From: Candidatus Staskawiczbacteria bacterium | GTDB taxonomy: Bacteria; Patescibacteriota; Minisyncoccia; Minisyncoccales; Staskawiczbacteraceae | Reading direction: 5' to 3' | DNA length: 64,000 nucleotides | Assembly (NCBI GenBank): GCA_026395295.1 | Contig: JAPLYZ010000012.1 | Span: 65,299 to 129,298, forward strand | In this document: piece by piece, positions 16,471-23,461 of the stretch | Layout of the letters: each line of letters starts with the position of its first letter | Position numbering within the stretch: position 1 is the stretch's first letter | Position numbers and translations under genes: made by a program | The notes under the pieces: model-generated | What the model was told of the DNA's origin: nothing | The model's input: only the letters and a program-made list of their open reading frames with translations | Databases searched by the model: none

Positions 16471-16851
16471 ATGCAAACTAAAAAAAATATACAAAATAAT
16501 CCGCCGAGAAAAATTATAACAATAGATGCGGAAAACAAATCCTTGGGCAGAGTGGCTGTTGAGGTGGCTGTTTTACTGCGCGGAAAAAACAAACCCGACT
16601 ACGTGCCTTATAAAGATGTCGGCGATACAGTTGTTGTTATAAATATAGACAAGATGAAATTTACCGGAAATAAGCTGGAAAATAAAAACTATTTTCATTA
16701 CACAGGATACTTGGGAAATTTAAAAAAGAAAACCCTGAAAGAATTTTTGATAAAAAGAGGTCCAAAAGAAGTTTTAAGGGTGGCCGTAATGGGAATGCTT
16801 CAAAAAAATAAGTTAAGAGCTAAACAAATTAAACGTTTAAGATTCCAATAA
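16471..16851 (+). CDS. rplM: 50S ribosomal protein L13
   Basis: IDAENKSLGRVAVEVAVLLRGK.KP.Y.P..D.GD.VVVIN, HYTGY.G, GMLQKN.L. Confidence 0.9.
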   Translation: MQTKKNIQNNPPRKIITIDAENKSLGRVAVEVAVLLRGKNKPDYVPYKDVGDTVVVINIDKMKFTGNKLENKNYFHYTGYLGNLKKKTLKEFLIKRGPKEVLRVAVMGMLQKNKLRAKQIKRLRFQ

Positions 16852-16855
16852 AAGC

Positions 16856-17413
16856 ATGGTTGAGAAAAAAATTACTAAAAAAACAATTGAAAAAGTTGAA
16901 GAAATAAAGGAAGAGGTAAAAACTCCGACTGTTGAGGTTTCGTCAGTTTCGGCAGAAGATGTGGCAGAAGATGACATTTCAGAGGAAATTGCTAAGTCTA
17001 TTAAAGAAACATCCGGTAAAGCAGATCGTTATTTTGAGGCAATTGGCAGAAGGAAAACCGCGGTTGCAAGAGTGCGCCTTTTTACAAAAGGGGACAAAGA
17101 ATTTATTGTAAACAATCAGCCATACCAGCAATATTTTCAAACAGAAGAAGACAAAGAGTCGTCTGTTGCTTCAATGAAAAAAATGAAATGTCTGGACAAG
17201 TTTAGGGTAACAGTAAAAGTGAAAGGCGGGGGACACAGGGCTCAGGCCGAGGCTATAAGGCACGGCACAGCCAGGGTGTTGGTGGATTTTAATGCAAATT
17301 TCAGAAAGCGCTTAAGAAAGGCAGGATTTTTAACAAGAGATCCAAGAATGAGAGAAAGGAAGAAATTTGGCTTAAAGCGCGCCAGAAAATCTCCACAGTG
17401 GGCAAAGAGGTAA
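16856..17413 (+). CDS. rpsI: 30S ribosomal protein S9 (acidic N-terminal extension); the last 7 nt (end of Lys codon, Arg codon, stop) are supplied by prophage DNA
   Basis: GRRKTAVARVRL, GGGHRAQAEAIRHGTARVL, LTRDPRMRERKKFGLKRARKSPQWAKR*. The attL core lies in codons PQWAK. Confidence 0.9.
   Translation: MVEKKITKKTIEKVEEIKEEVKTPTVEVSSVSAEDVAEDDISEEIAKSIKETSGKADRYFEAIGRRKTAVARVRLFTKGDKEFIVNNQPYQQYFQTEEDKESSVASMKKMKCLDKFRVTVKVKGGGHRAQAEAIRHGTARVLVDFNANFRKRLRKAGFLTRDPRMRERKKFGLKRARKSPQWAKR
17393..17406 (+). repeat. attL core (shared with attR 60688-60701)
   Basis: CCACAGTGGGCAAA is identical at both prophage ends. Both copies are in frame as P-Q-W-A-K and are followed by R-stop with different codons (AAG AGG TAA versus AAA CGT TAA). 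Confidence 0.7.
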
Positions 17414-17448
17414 TGGGGAACGGTTAACGGCCTGTAAAACGATTTAAA

Positions 17449-17479
17449 AGTAACAGTTTGACGACTGCTACTTTTTTTT
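17449..17479 (+). terminator. Phage-borne rho-independent terminator now serving rpsI
   Basis: AGTAACAG/CTGCTACT stem (1 mismatch), 8-nt loop, then TTTTTTT. Confidence 0.6.
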
Positions 17480-17524
17480 CGTTGGAAAAAGGTCGAAAGT
17501 GGCAGAAATCACAATAAAACCATT

Positions 17525-17692
17525 ATGTCACCCGAATTAAAACAAAAATTAAACCAGCAATATTACGTGCCGTTTTTTGATTATCTTCCAAAAAAAGAAA
17601 ACGGAACGATTGATTGGATTGAAACAATCGGCGCACCAATCGCAGTCGCTGGTATCGCGTTGTTTGGGTATCTTTGGTTCCGATATTTATGA
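17525..17692 (+). CDS. Small membrane protein (55 aa)
   Basis: Read by eye: MSPELKQKLNQQYYVPFFDYLPKKENGTIDWIETIGAPIAVAGIALFGYLWFRYL*; one TM helix; stop overlaps the next start (ATGA). Confidence 0.4.
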   Translation: MSPELKQKLNQQYYVPFFDYLPKKENGTIDWIETIGAPIAVAGIALFGYLWFRYL

Positions 17693-17871
17693 GAACATCT
17701 AACGACGAATATATTTTGCCAGACGGTAAAATAATATCGCTCGGTCAAGACCAACAACCACCAAAAGAAGCAAGAATATGGAACGGATACGACTACCAAA
17801 ATCAGTACTGGGTATATCAAGGAAAAAGAGATACCCGGACGTTGACCGAGTTGAGAGCGTCAAAAATATAA
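17689..17871 (+). CDS. Hypothetical phage protein
   Basis: ATG overlapping the upstream stop; within track ORF 17674..17871. Confidence 0.4.
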   Translation: MRTSNDEYILPDGKIISLGQDQQPPKEARIWNGYDYQNQYWVYQGKRDTRTLTELRASKI

Positions 17872-17889
17872 ATTATAAATCTAATTAAA

Positions 17890-18459
17890 ATGGACACTAT
17901 AAAAAGATATTTAGCTCAATATCCGGATAGGGTAACAAAAAATGACTATCTGGAATTGGCTAAAAAGAATGAGAAAGGAGTGCCGATGTCAACAGGAGTC
18001 CACATTGTTACATTATTAAAGTGTGAAAATGCCACAAGAGATACTGAATATCGTGGCGAAGAAAAAGGAATTAACTTAATTGTTGACGAAGACGGTGTTG
18101 AAAAGAAATATTTTGTTCCGATGTTTGTAACAGATAAAAATTCTCCTAACTACGGAAAATTTCATTATTTGTTTCAAAAGTTTGAGGATATTGAAGAGGA
18201 CACAATGCTTGAAATGGAATTTGTCAGAAAAGGGGCCAGAGGATATGTAGATGTGAGAATACACGATGTTGGAAATAATATAAAAGATAACAAAGCAGAC
18301 ACGAACGATATACCAGTGATTGAAGAAACAAAAGACGGACACTACAAGGGAGAAGTAAGGGGAGTGACTCCGTCAGTGCAAGCAAGGAGAACAGAGGGAG
18401 TGAAATTTCCAAAAGAAAACTTGGAGAAAGAGATCGACGTTCGCGATATTCCGTTTTAA
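17890..18459 (+). CDS. Hypothetical phage early protein
   Basis: 189-aa ORF in the co-oriented early block. Confidence 0.55.
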   Translation: MDTIKRYLAQYPDRVTKNDYLELAKKNEKGVPMSTGVHIVTLLKCENATRDTEYRGEEKGINLIVDEDGVEKKYFVPMFVTDKNSPNYGKFHYLFQKFEDIEEDTMLEMEFVRKGARGYVDVRIHDVGNNIKDNKADTNDIPVIEETKDGHYKGEVRGVTPSVQARRTEGVKFPKENLEKEIDVRDIPF

Positions 18460-18592
18460 CAAATGTGACGGTGTACCGAAATTTAGACCTTTTCTGCATC
18501 GTTGAAGCCGGCGACAACAGGTTGTTCACACCTTAAAACGCCGGCACCAAAAATTATGATAAAAGATTTAAGAAAACCTACAACCAAAATCT

Positions 18593-19225
18593 ATGGAACA
18601 CAAATATAAGATAAAGGACGAGAGTGGAGATAAAAAATACTTTACTCAAATTCCTAATATGATTGTTAATCACTCGACTGCCTACGAGCAAAGTTTATAT
18701 CTTATAATGAAAAGATTGGCTGGAGAGGGCGGACAATGTTATGCTTCTCTTAATTTTTTGGCTTCTAAAATGGGAATACATAAAACGACCGTAACCAAAA
18801 CAATAGCCAAGCTTTTAAAAAGAAAATGGATAGAAGAGACCTCTAAAACAAAAGTCCCGGGAGGGTTCACGAGAACCTTTATAATAATAGATTTATGGAA
18901 GTTAAATATAGACAATTATGGAGGTGGTGCTGAAATGACCACTGGACAACCACTGGACGACCAGTGCATAACTCCGGGAGGTGGAGCTATAAAAAACGGA
19001 GGTGGAGCTGTGGTAGACGGAGGTGGTGCCCAAACCGATACAAGTAAGATTAAGAATAAGATTAAAGAAGAAGAGACGGCGAATTCTTCTTCTTTTAAAA
19101 GAAAACGGTATTACGGGAGACTCGAAATGCGCTTTGCACAAGGTAAGTGGTGGGTCATACCAGAGGACGGGGGAGATTGGTTAGAGTTTGATATGAGGTT
19201 TTTTAAGGACACCGTAGAAAAATAA
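18593..19225 (+). CDS. Winged-helix/HTH protein, putative replication initiator (DnaD/O-like)
   Basis: YFTQIPNMIV...LYLIMKRLAG..GQCYASLNFLASKMGIHKTTVTKTIAKLLKRKWI HTH region, then a Gly-repeat linker carrying iteron-like DNA repeats. Confidence 0.45.
   Translation: MEHKYKIKDESGDKKYFTQIPNMIVNHSTAYEQSLYLIMKRLAGEGGQCYASLNFLASKMGIHKTTVTKTIAKLLKRKWIEETSKTKVPGGFTRTFIIIDLWKLNIDNYGGGAEMTTGQPLDDQCITPGGGAIKNGGGAVVDGGGAQTDTSKIKNKIKEEETANSSSFKRKRYYGRLEMRFAQGKWWVIPEDGGDWLEFDMRFFKDTVEK
18920..19029 (+). repeat. Iteron-like 11-mers inside the initiator gene (candidate ori)
   Basis: GGAGGTGG(T/A)GC at 18920, 18977, 18998 and 19019; the last three are spaced exactly 21 bp. CCACTGGAC occurs at 18939 and 18950, followed by CCAGTG. 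Confidence 0.4.
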
Positions 19226-19227
19226 TT

Positions 19228-19662
19228 ATGTGGAACAGAAATCAAGTCGATGAAAATTTAAAGACAGGGAGGGGAATATTGGAGTCTGCTTTTTACACCT
19301 ATAAATCAATGATGATGTCTTATAGGTTTCCGAGTGTTTTTTACAAGAAGTACGTGAACGACAAAACAATACACGTTGGAATAAACACTGGCAATTATGT
19401 TTTAGCGGCCACTCCGGTGATTTTTGGGAATATAGTGTCGGTCAACAAGAAAGTGTGGAAGTGCCGTAAACCTATAATCCTTTATGTGGGAGAAGCGCAC
19501 GCCTTTTATCTGATAAAACAAAAAGAAGTTAAGGACGCAAAAGAAATTAGTTTTCCAAACTGCACACTGATAAATTTTGATATTCACGCCGGTGTTAATC
19601 TTACCAAGATTTTTCCTGAATACACCGAAGAGGAAAAAGAAAAAAAGTTAATGGGGTTTTAA
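19228..19662 (+). CDS. Hypothetical phage protein
   Basis: 144-aa ORF, 2-nt gap from the upstream gene. Confidence 0.55.
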   Translation: MWNRNQVDENLKTGRGILESAFYTYKSMMMSYRFPSVFYKKYVNDKTIHVGINTGNYVLAATPVIFGNIVSVNKKVWKCRKPIILYVGEAHAFYLIKQKEVKDAKEISFPNCTLINFDIHAGVNLTKIFPEYTEEEKEKKLMGF

Positions 19663-19666
19663 AAAT

Positions 19667-20095
19667 ATGCCACTTAAAAATTATACAACAACAGTGCCAG
19701 CAGACAGGAGCATTCAAGAGATCCAAAATTCGCTCGTGAAGAACGGGGCTGTGGGAGTGATGTATCAGTACGAAAAGGGAACCGGGAGAATATCTGCATT
19801 GGTTTTTAGACTGCCGGTTAAAGAAAGATTGGTTTCATTTTCCTTACCGGTTAATTGGCGTAATTTTCAAGAGGTTTTGAAACAACAAGAAGTTAGACGC
19901 TGGGACGATGAAGATTATTGCTACCGAGTGGCGTGGAGAGATATTCGTGATTGGGTGCTGGCTCAAATGGCTCTCTATGAAACAACGATTGTAGAATTGC
20001 CGCAGGTTTTCTTGCCGTTTGCCACAGATGATAAGGGTAAAACGGTGTACGACAAATTATTAAATAATAAATTTCTCTTGGGAGAGGGAAATTAA
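19667..20095 (+). CDS. Hypothetical phage protein
   Basis: 142-aa ORF in an operon-like array. Confidence 0.55.
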   Translation: MPLKNYTTTVPADRSIQEIQNSLVKNGAVGVMYQYEKGTGRISALVFRLPVKERLVSFSLPVNWRNFQEVLKQQEVRRWDDEDYCYRVAWRDIRDWVLAQMALYETTIVELPQVFLPFATDDKGKTVYDKLLNNKFLLGEGN

Positions 20096-20102
20096 AAATC
20101 AA

Positions 20103-20276
20103 ATGAAAGGGCCAATGTTACCAAAGTGGATGTGGGTTAAGGGAAAAAGCAAAAACTTTTACCCAAGACTTAAACAGGAGGGGATAGCTTTTGGAGTTAA
20201 TCCCTGGCTGGGACAAATGATCGATAGTCCTATGAGCCAACTGATTAGAAAATTAAAAAAAGAATTGAAAAAATAA
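20103..20276 (+). CDS. Hypothetical small phage protein (57 aa)
   Basis: Read by eye: MKGPMLPKWMWVKGKSKNFYPRLKQEG...KLKKELKK*. Confidence 0.35.
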   Translation: MKGPMLPKWMWVKGKSKNFYPRLKQEGIAFGVNPWLGQMIDSPMSQLIRKLKKELKK

Positions 20277-20280
20277 ATTT

Positions 20281-20457
20281 ATGGAATTAGATAAAGGTTC
20301 AAAAATTTTAATTCAGCATTTAAAAGATTTATTGGCAGAAGCCGAAGCCGGAGCGTTTGGTGATTTCACTAATAGTGAATACGCCGCTCCAAAAATGATG
20401 TTGGCAGAGAAGTTTAATCAATTAAGGTTGAATGTTATTAGTGGTAAATATGATTAA
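20281..20457 (+). CDS. Hypothetical small phage protein (58 aa)
   Basis: Read by eye: MELDKGSKILIQHLKDLLAEAEAGAFGDFTNSEYAAPKMMLAEKFNQLRLNVISGKYD*. Confidence 0.4.
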   Translation: MELDKGSKILIQHLKDLLAEAEAGAFGDFTNSEYAAPKMMLAEKFNQLRLNVISGKYD

Positions 20458-20460
20458 ACA

Positions 20461-20928
20461 ATGGAAAATATTATAAACGTCCCAATTTACTTCTTAAAGG
20501 ATTTGCCGAAACTCCCTTTGATGGATATTCAGGAGAGAGAGTTAAGGCTCTACGTTATGATAACTTGGCCACAGGGGTACATACTCCCTATGGAGATACC
20601 GCTGGGAGTCGCTCTGATAGCCTCCTACGACTTGGACGATGCCATTGTGAAGAGCAACACGGTAGTGCCGCAATTCAATATGTTAAAGAATATTGGGTAT
20701 AAGCCGGTTAAAGATATTTTGGGAGTTGTAGATGTGGGAGGGGCGACTGTTGTGAGACCGGAGACGACACCGCCAGAGGTGCAGGCGGAAATATCCTTTG
20801 AGCAGTTCCGCCAAAGATTGCTTTTAGCGCGGGATCAGTTCTGTCCATTAGAGGATAGGAAAACTCTGACAGAAATTATCCAGCGATTAAAATTAAAGGT
20901 CGAGGAAAAAATAGAAAATAATAATTAA
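20461..20928 (+). CDS. Hypothetical phage protein
   Basis: 155-aa ORF. Confidence 0.55.
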   Translation: MENIINVPIYFLKDLPKLPLMDIQERELRLYVMITWPQGYILPMEIPLGVALIASYDLDDAIVKSNTVVPQFNMLKNIGYKPVKDILGVVDVGGATVVRPETTPPEVQAEISFEQFRQRLLLARDQFCPLEDRKTLTEIIQRLKLKVEEKIENNN

Positions 20929-20932
20929 ATTT

Positions 20933-21286
20933 ATGGCTGAAAAATATTGTCATATTTTCGCCCACTGGTTCAACTCGTTAGGATTTGCATCACACAGGGC
21001 AAGCCATAGAAGAAAAAATAAAATGGAAAATTCAAATACAGGTTCAGTACCCGGAGGACAAACAACCCCTTTAACGTTCGGACAAAAAGCCGTAGGGATA
21101 ACATTCAATCCGGGCGGGGATCTTAATGTTGCAAAAGCAAAACAACTTTGTGCGGAGGCGATTGATTTACTTATTGCTACTCCGTTTGATGTCGGAAGCG
21201 AAGGAGCGGCAATGAAAGAAGAAGCTATTAGGCAACTTCAAACAGCTCAAATGTGGGCTGTAAAAGTTATTACGTGGAAAGAATAA
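20933..21286 (+). CDS. Hypothetical phage protein (start may be ATG 21023)
   Basis: 117-aa ORF; an internal Met (MENSNTG) is an alternative start. Confidence 0.45.
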   Translation: MAEKYCHIFAHWFNSLGFASHRASHRRKNKMENSNTGSVPGGQTTPLTFGQKAVGITFNPGGDLNVAKAKQLCAEAIDLLIATPFDVGSEGAAMKEEAIRQLQTAQMWAVKVITWKE

Positions 21287-21302
21287 AAGTCGAATTATAA
21301 AA
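21286..21302 (+). promoter_or_regulatory. Copy 1 of the phage intergenic motif AA(A/G)GTCG(A/C)ATTATAAA
   Basis: AAAGTCGAATTATAAAA directly after a stop codon, 19 nt before ATG 21321. Confidence 0.35.
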
Positions 21303-21320
21303 AGCAATAATTAAATAAAA

Positions 21321-21518
21321 ATGTCAGACTTAAATTTAAAGTGTGCTGACTGCAAAGGGGATTTCGTTTTTACAGAGGGCGAACAAAAATTCTTTACCCA
21401 AAAGGGTTTTACTCCTCCGCGAAGATGTCCGGGTTGCAGAGCAATAAATAAGCGAAAGAAACAGGAGAGAGAACAAGGGGGCAACGACAAGGGTTGGGAT
21501 AGAGGAAATAATTGGTAA
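21321..21518 (+). CDS. Zinc-ribbon protein
   Basis: CADCKGDFVFTEGEQKFFTQKGFTPPRRCPGCR: two CxxC pairs with the conserved F.F...EQ.F...GF..P.RC..CR pattern. Confidence 0.55.
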   Translation: MSDLNLKCADCKGDFVFTEGEQKFFTQKGFTPPRRCPGCRAINKRKKQEREQGGNDKGWDRGNNW

Positions 21519-21560
21519 TTAAAAGGTCGGCCAATAATATTAACCATAATATATTTTAAA

Positions 21561-21659
21561 ATGAACTTTGAAGATGATGACGATTTCGAAGACGACGATG
21601 AGGAGGACGAGTCGGATGACCCGGATGGAGATGCAGAAGATGAGGGCTCCGACGATTAA
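21561..21659 (+). CDS. Hyper-acidic 32-aa peptide
   Basis: Read by eye: MNFEDDDDFEDDDEEDESDDPDGDAEDEGSDD*; 23 of 32 residues are D or E. Confidence 0.35.
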   Translation: MNFEDDDDFEDDDEEDESDDPDGDAEDEGSDD

Positions 21660-21669
21660 CAATTAAAAA

Positions 21670-21886
21670 TGCTGGGGTGCTTAATTCCGGGCTTTCCGCA
21701 ACTTCCCTCGCCACATAAAGTAAGCAACTTCTTCCAACACAAAGAGTTGATCCGTGAATGGGAAGAAATTATCGGATTACATTCTGAAATATGTATTTAG
21801 GAGGGTATGATTCACAATTTTACCCGAAGCTATAATCGGGTTTATAGCAATCAGATGAGTTGTCCCCGGAGCTAAGCACCCCAGCA
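21670..21886. repeat. 22-nt terminal inverted repeats bracketing a 217-bp segment (MITE-like or structured RNA)
   Basis: TGCTGGGGTGCTTAATTCCGGG (21670-21691) versus CCCGGAGCTAAGCACCCCAGCA (21865-21886): 20/22 complementary; A-runs on both outer flanks. Confidence 0.4.
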
Positions 21887-21897
21887 AAAATAGTCGA

Positions 21898-22092
21898 ATG
21901 GGTTTAACTCCAAGACCAGAGTATGCTGGCAAATCAAAATATATACAGACCACAAAGATTTTAGTTGAATGCTCGAAGTGCAAGCACGAGTACTGGATTA
22001 AGCAGGACGATTTTGATGTTTCGCATATGCAAAATTGCCACTGGTGCAAAGAGTTGGCCGAAGCAACAAGAGTTATAAGCGATAACACTTAA
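21898..22092 (+). CDS. Small CxxC...CxxC protein
   Basis: ECSKCKHEYW...NCHWCKE; 64 aa. Confidence 0.45.
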   Translation: MGLTPRPEYAGKSKYIQTTKILVECSKCKHEYWIKQDDFDVSHMQNCHWCKELAEATRVISDNT

Positions 22093-22096
22093 TTTT

Positions 22097-22270
22097 ATGC
22101 CTATTTTAACTATCAAAATTATAGTGGAGGCAGACACACCGGCGAGCAAACATCTTCTTAACAATGAGAATTACGCAGTGTTTGAAACAAAGGAAGATGA
22201 CGCAACGTTCGCAATGGTGCAAAGGCGTGTAGGTTCGGGGTTAGAGGAAGATAATAAAAAAGATAAATAA
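22097..22270 (+). CDS. Hypothetical small phage protein (57 aa)
   Basis: Read by eye: MPILTIKIIVEADTPASKHLLNNENYAVFETKEDDATFAMVQRRVGSGLEEDNKKDK*. Confidence 0.35.
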   Translation: MPILTIKIIVEADTPASKHLLNNENYAVFETKEDDATFAMVQRRVGSGLEEDNKKDK

Positions 22271-22275
22271 AACTT

Positions 22276-22422
22276 ATGGCAAACAAAAAAGCATTACAAA
22301 GAGAAATGAAATTAGTTGCGAGAATGGTGGCTCTTAATATTGAAAGCATTGTGGTTCAAAGGGACGAGAAAGGAAATTACGTGGGGGCAATAATAACAAA
22401 AAAAGACGATGCCAGCAAATGA
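22276..22422 (+). CDS. Hypothetical small phage protein (48 aa)
   Basis: Read by eye: MANKKALQREMKLVARMVALNIESIVVQRDEKGNYVGAIITKKDDASK*. Confidence 0.35.
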   Translation: MANKKALQREMKLVARMVALNIESIVVQRDEKGNYVGAIITKKDDASK

Positions 22423-22543
22423 TATTATACACGCCGTTGAGGACTGCCCGGATTTAGATTTTACTGATCCGATTGTTTGCGATACGTGGGTTAAGGTCAA
22501 AAGAATAATTATTGAAAAACAATTAGAAGAAAATGAAGATTAA
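22409..22543 (+). CDS. Hypothetical small phage protein (44 aa)
   Basis: Read by eye: MPANDIIHAVEDCPDLDFTDPIVCDTWVKVKRIIIEKQLEENED*; overlaps both neighbours. Confidence 0.3.
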   Translation: MPANDIIHAVEDCPDLDFTDPIVCDTWVKVKRIIIEKQLEENED

Positions 22544-22940
22544 AATATTTTACGAACCAATTTATAACACTCATTTGTTGCTTTTGTATGAATGCAATTA
22601 TATTGAGGCAGAACATTATTTTTCAAAAAATAAAATTAGAACTGATTTGATAAAATGTTCTGGACAGACCGGAACTTATCGCGTGGAGAAGCCAGACGGC
22701 TCCAGCCAAAAAAGATATTATATTTATATTGAAAAAACTGACAAAGGTTGGATTGAGGATATATCTACGATTTTGCACGAGATTTCGCATTTGGTTTTTA
22801 TGTCTTTGTTTGATTGCGGAATAGAAATAAATCCGAAAACGGACGAAACATTTTCTTATTATTTTGAGTGGTGGTTTAAAACCTTAATAAATTCTTTGAC
22901 TCCGAAAAAGAGGGCAAAACGGAAAAAACGACGCAATTAA
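22533..22940 (+). CDS. Small HExxH zinc-metallopeptidase-like protein
   Basis: STILHEISHLVF motif; basic tail KKRAKRKKRRN; 135 aa. Confidence 0.45.
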   Translation: MKIKIFYEPIYNTHLLLLYECNYIEAEHYFSKNKIRTDLIKCSGQTGTYRVEKPDGSSQKRYYIYIEKTDKGWIEDISTILHEISHLVFMSLFDCGIEINPKTDETFSYYFEWWFKTLINSLTPKKRAKRKKRRN

Positions 22941-23029
22941 ATCGCATTACACGCACGATAATTTGTCAAGTTGAGTTATAGGTCGTCTAATTTTAGCCTA
23001 TGTAAGATATGTAAGATATTACATAAAAT

Positions 23030-23458
23030 ATGGTATTTAAACCCGGAGATAAAAGACCAAAAGGAGCAGGTATTAAGCGAGGTCAGAAGACAAAGAAAAC
23101 TCTCGAACAAGAGGCGGCTTTGGATTTGTATAAAAAAAGAATACTTGATAATTTAGTTCCCTTTATTCGTGCGCAATTTAATCAGGCAGAGGGAATGACT
23201 GTAATGTTTCAGCGGCGAAAGCAGAAAAATAAAAAGACGGGGAAATTTGAACGCACAGGTGAACTTGTTAGGGTTATGGATATAAACAGAGTTGAGCAGT
23301 TGTTAAAGAGCGATGGGCAAGGAGAGAATTATTATTACATCACAACTAAAGATCCGAATGTAAAAGCGCTTGAGAATTTGTTTAACAGGGTTTTTGGTAA
23401 GCCGAAAGAAAGTATTGAGGTAGAACACAAAGGCAGTAAGGTTATAATTCTTGATTAA
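23030..23458 (+). CDS. Putative terminase small subunit
   Basis: 142-aa basic protein immediately upstream of terminase large subunit; called by position and size only. Confidence 0.4.
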   Translation: MVFKPGDKRPKGAGIKRGQKTKKTLEQEAALDLYKKRILDNLVPFIRAQFNQAEGMTVMFQRRKQKNKKTGKFERTGELVRVMDINRVEQLLKSDGQGENYYYITTKDPNVKALENLFNRVFGKPKESIEVEHKGSKVIILD

Positions 23459-23461
23459 AAA

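Noticed and set aside
15436-16592. Antisense ORFs across rpoA/rplQ/rplM (15436-15816, 15690-16163, 16096-16494, 16335-16592 minus)
   Set aside because: They are opposite to unambiguous ribosomal and RNA-polymerase genes. Their Phe/Leu/Ser/Ile-rich translations are typical of the antisense of AT-rich, Lys/Glu-rich coding sequence.
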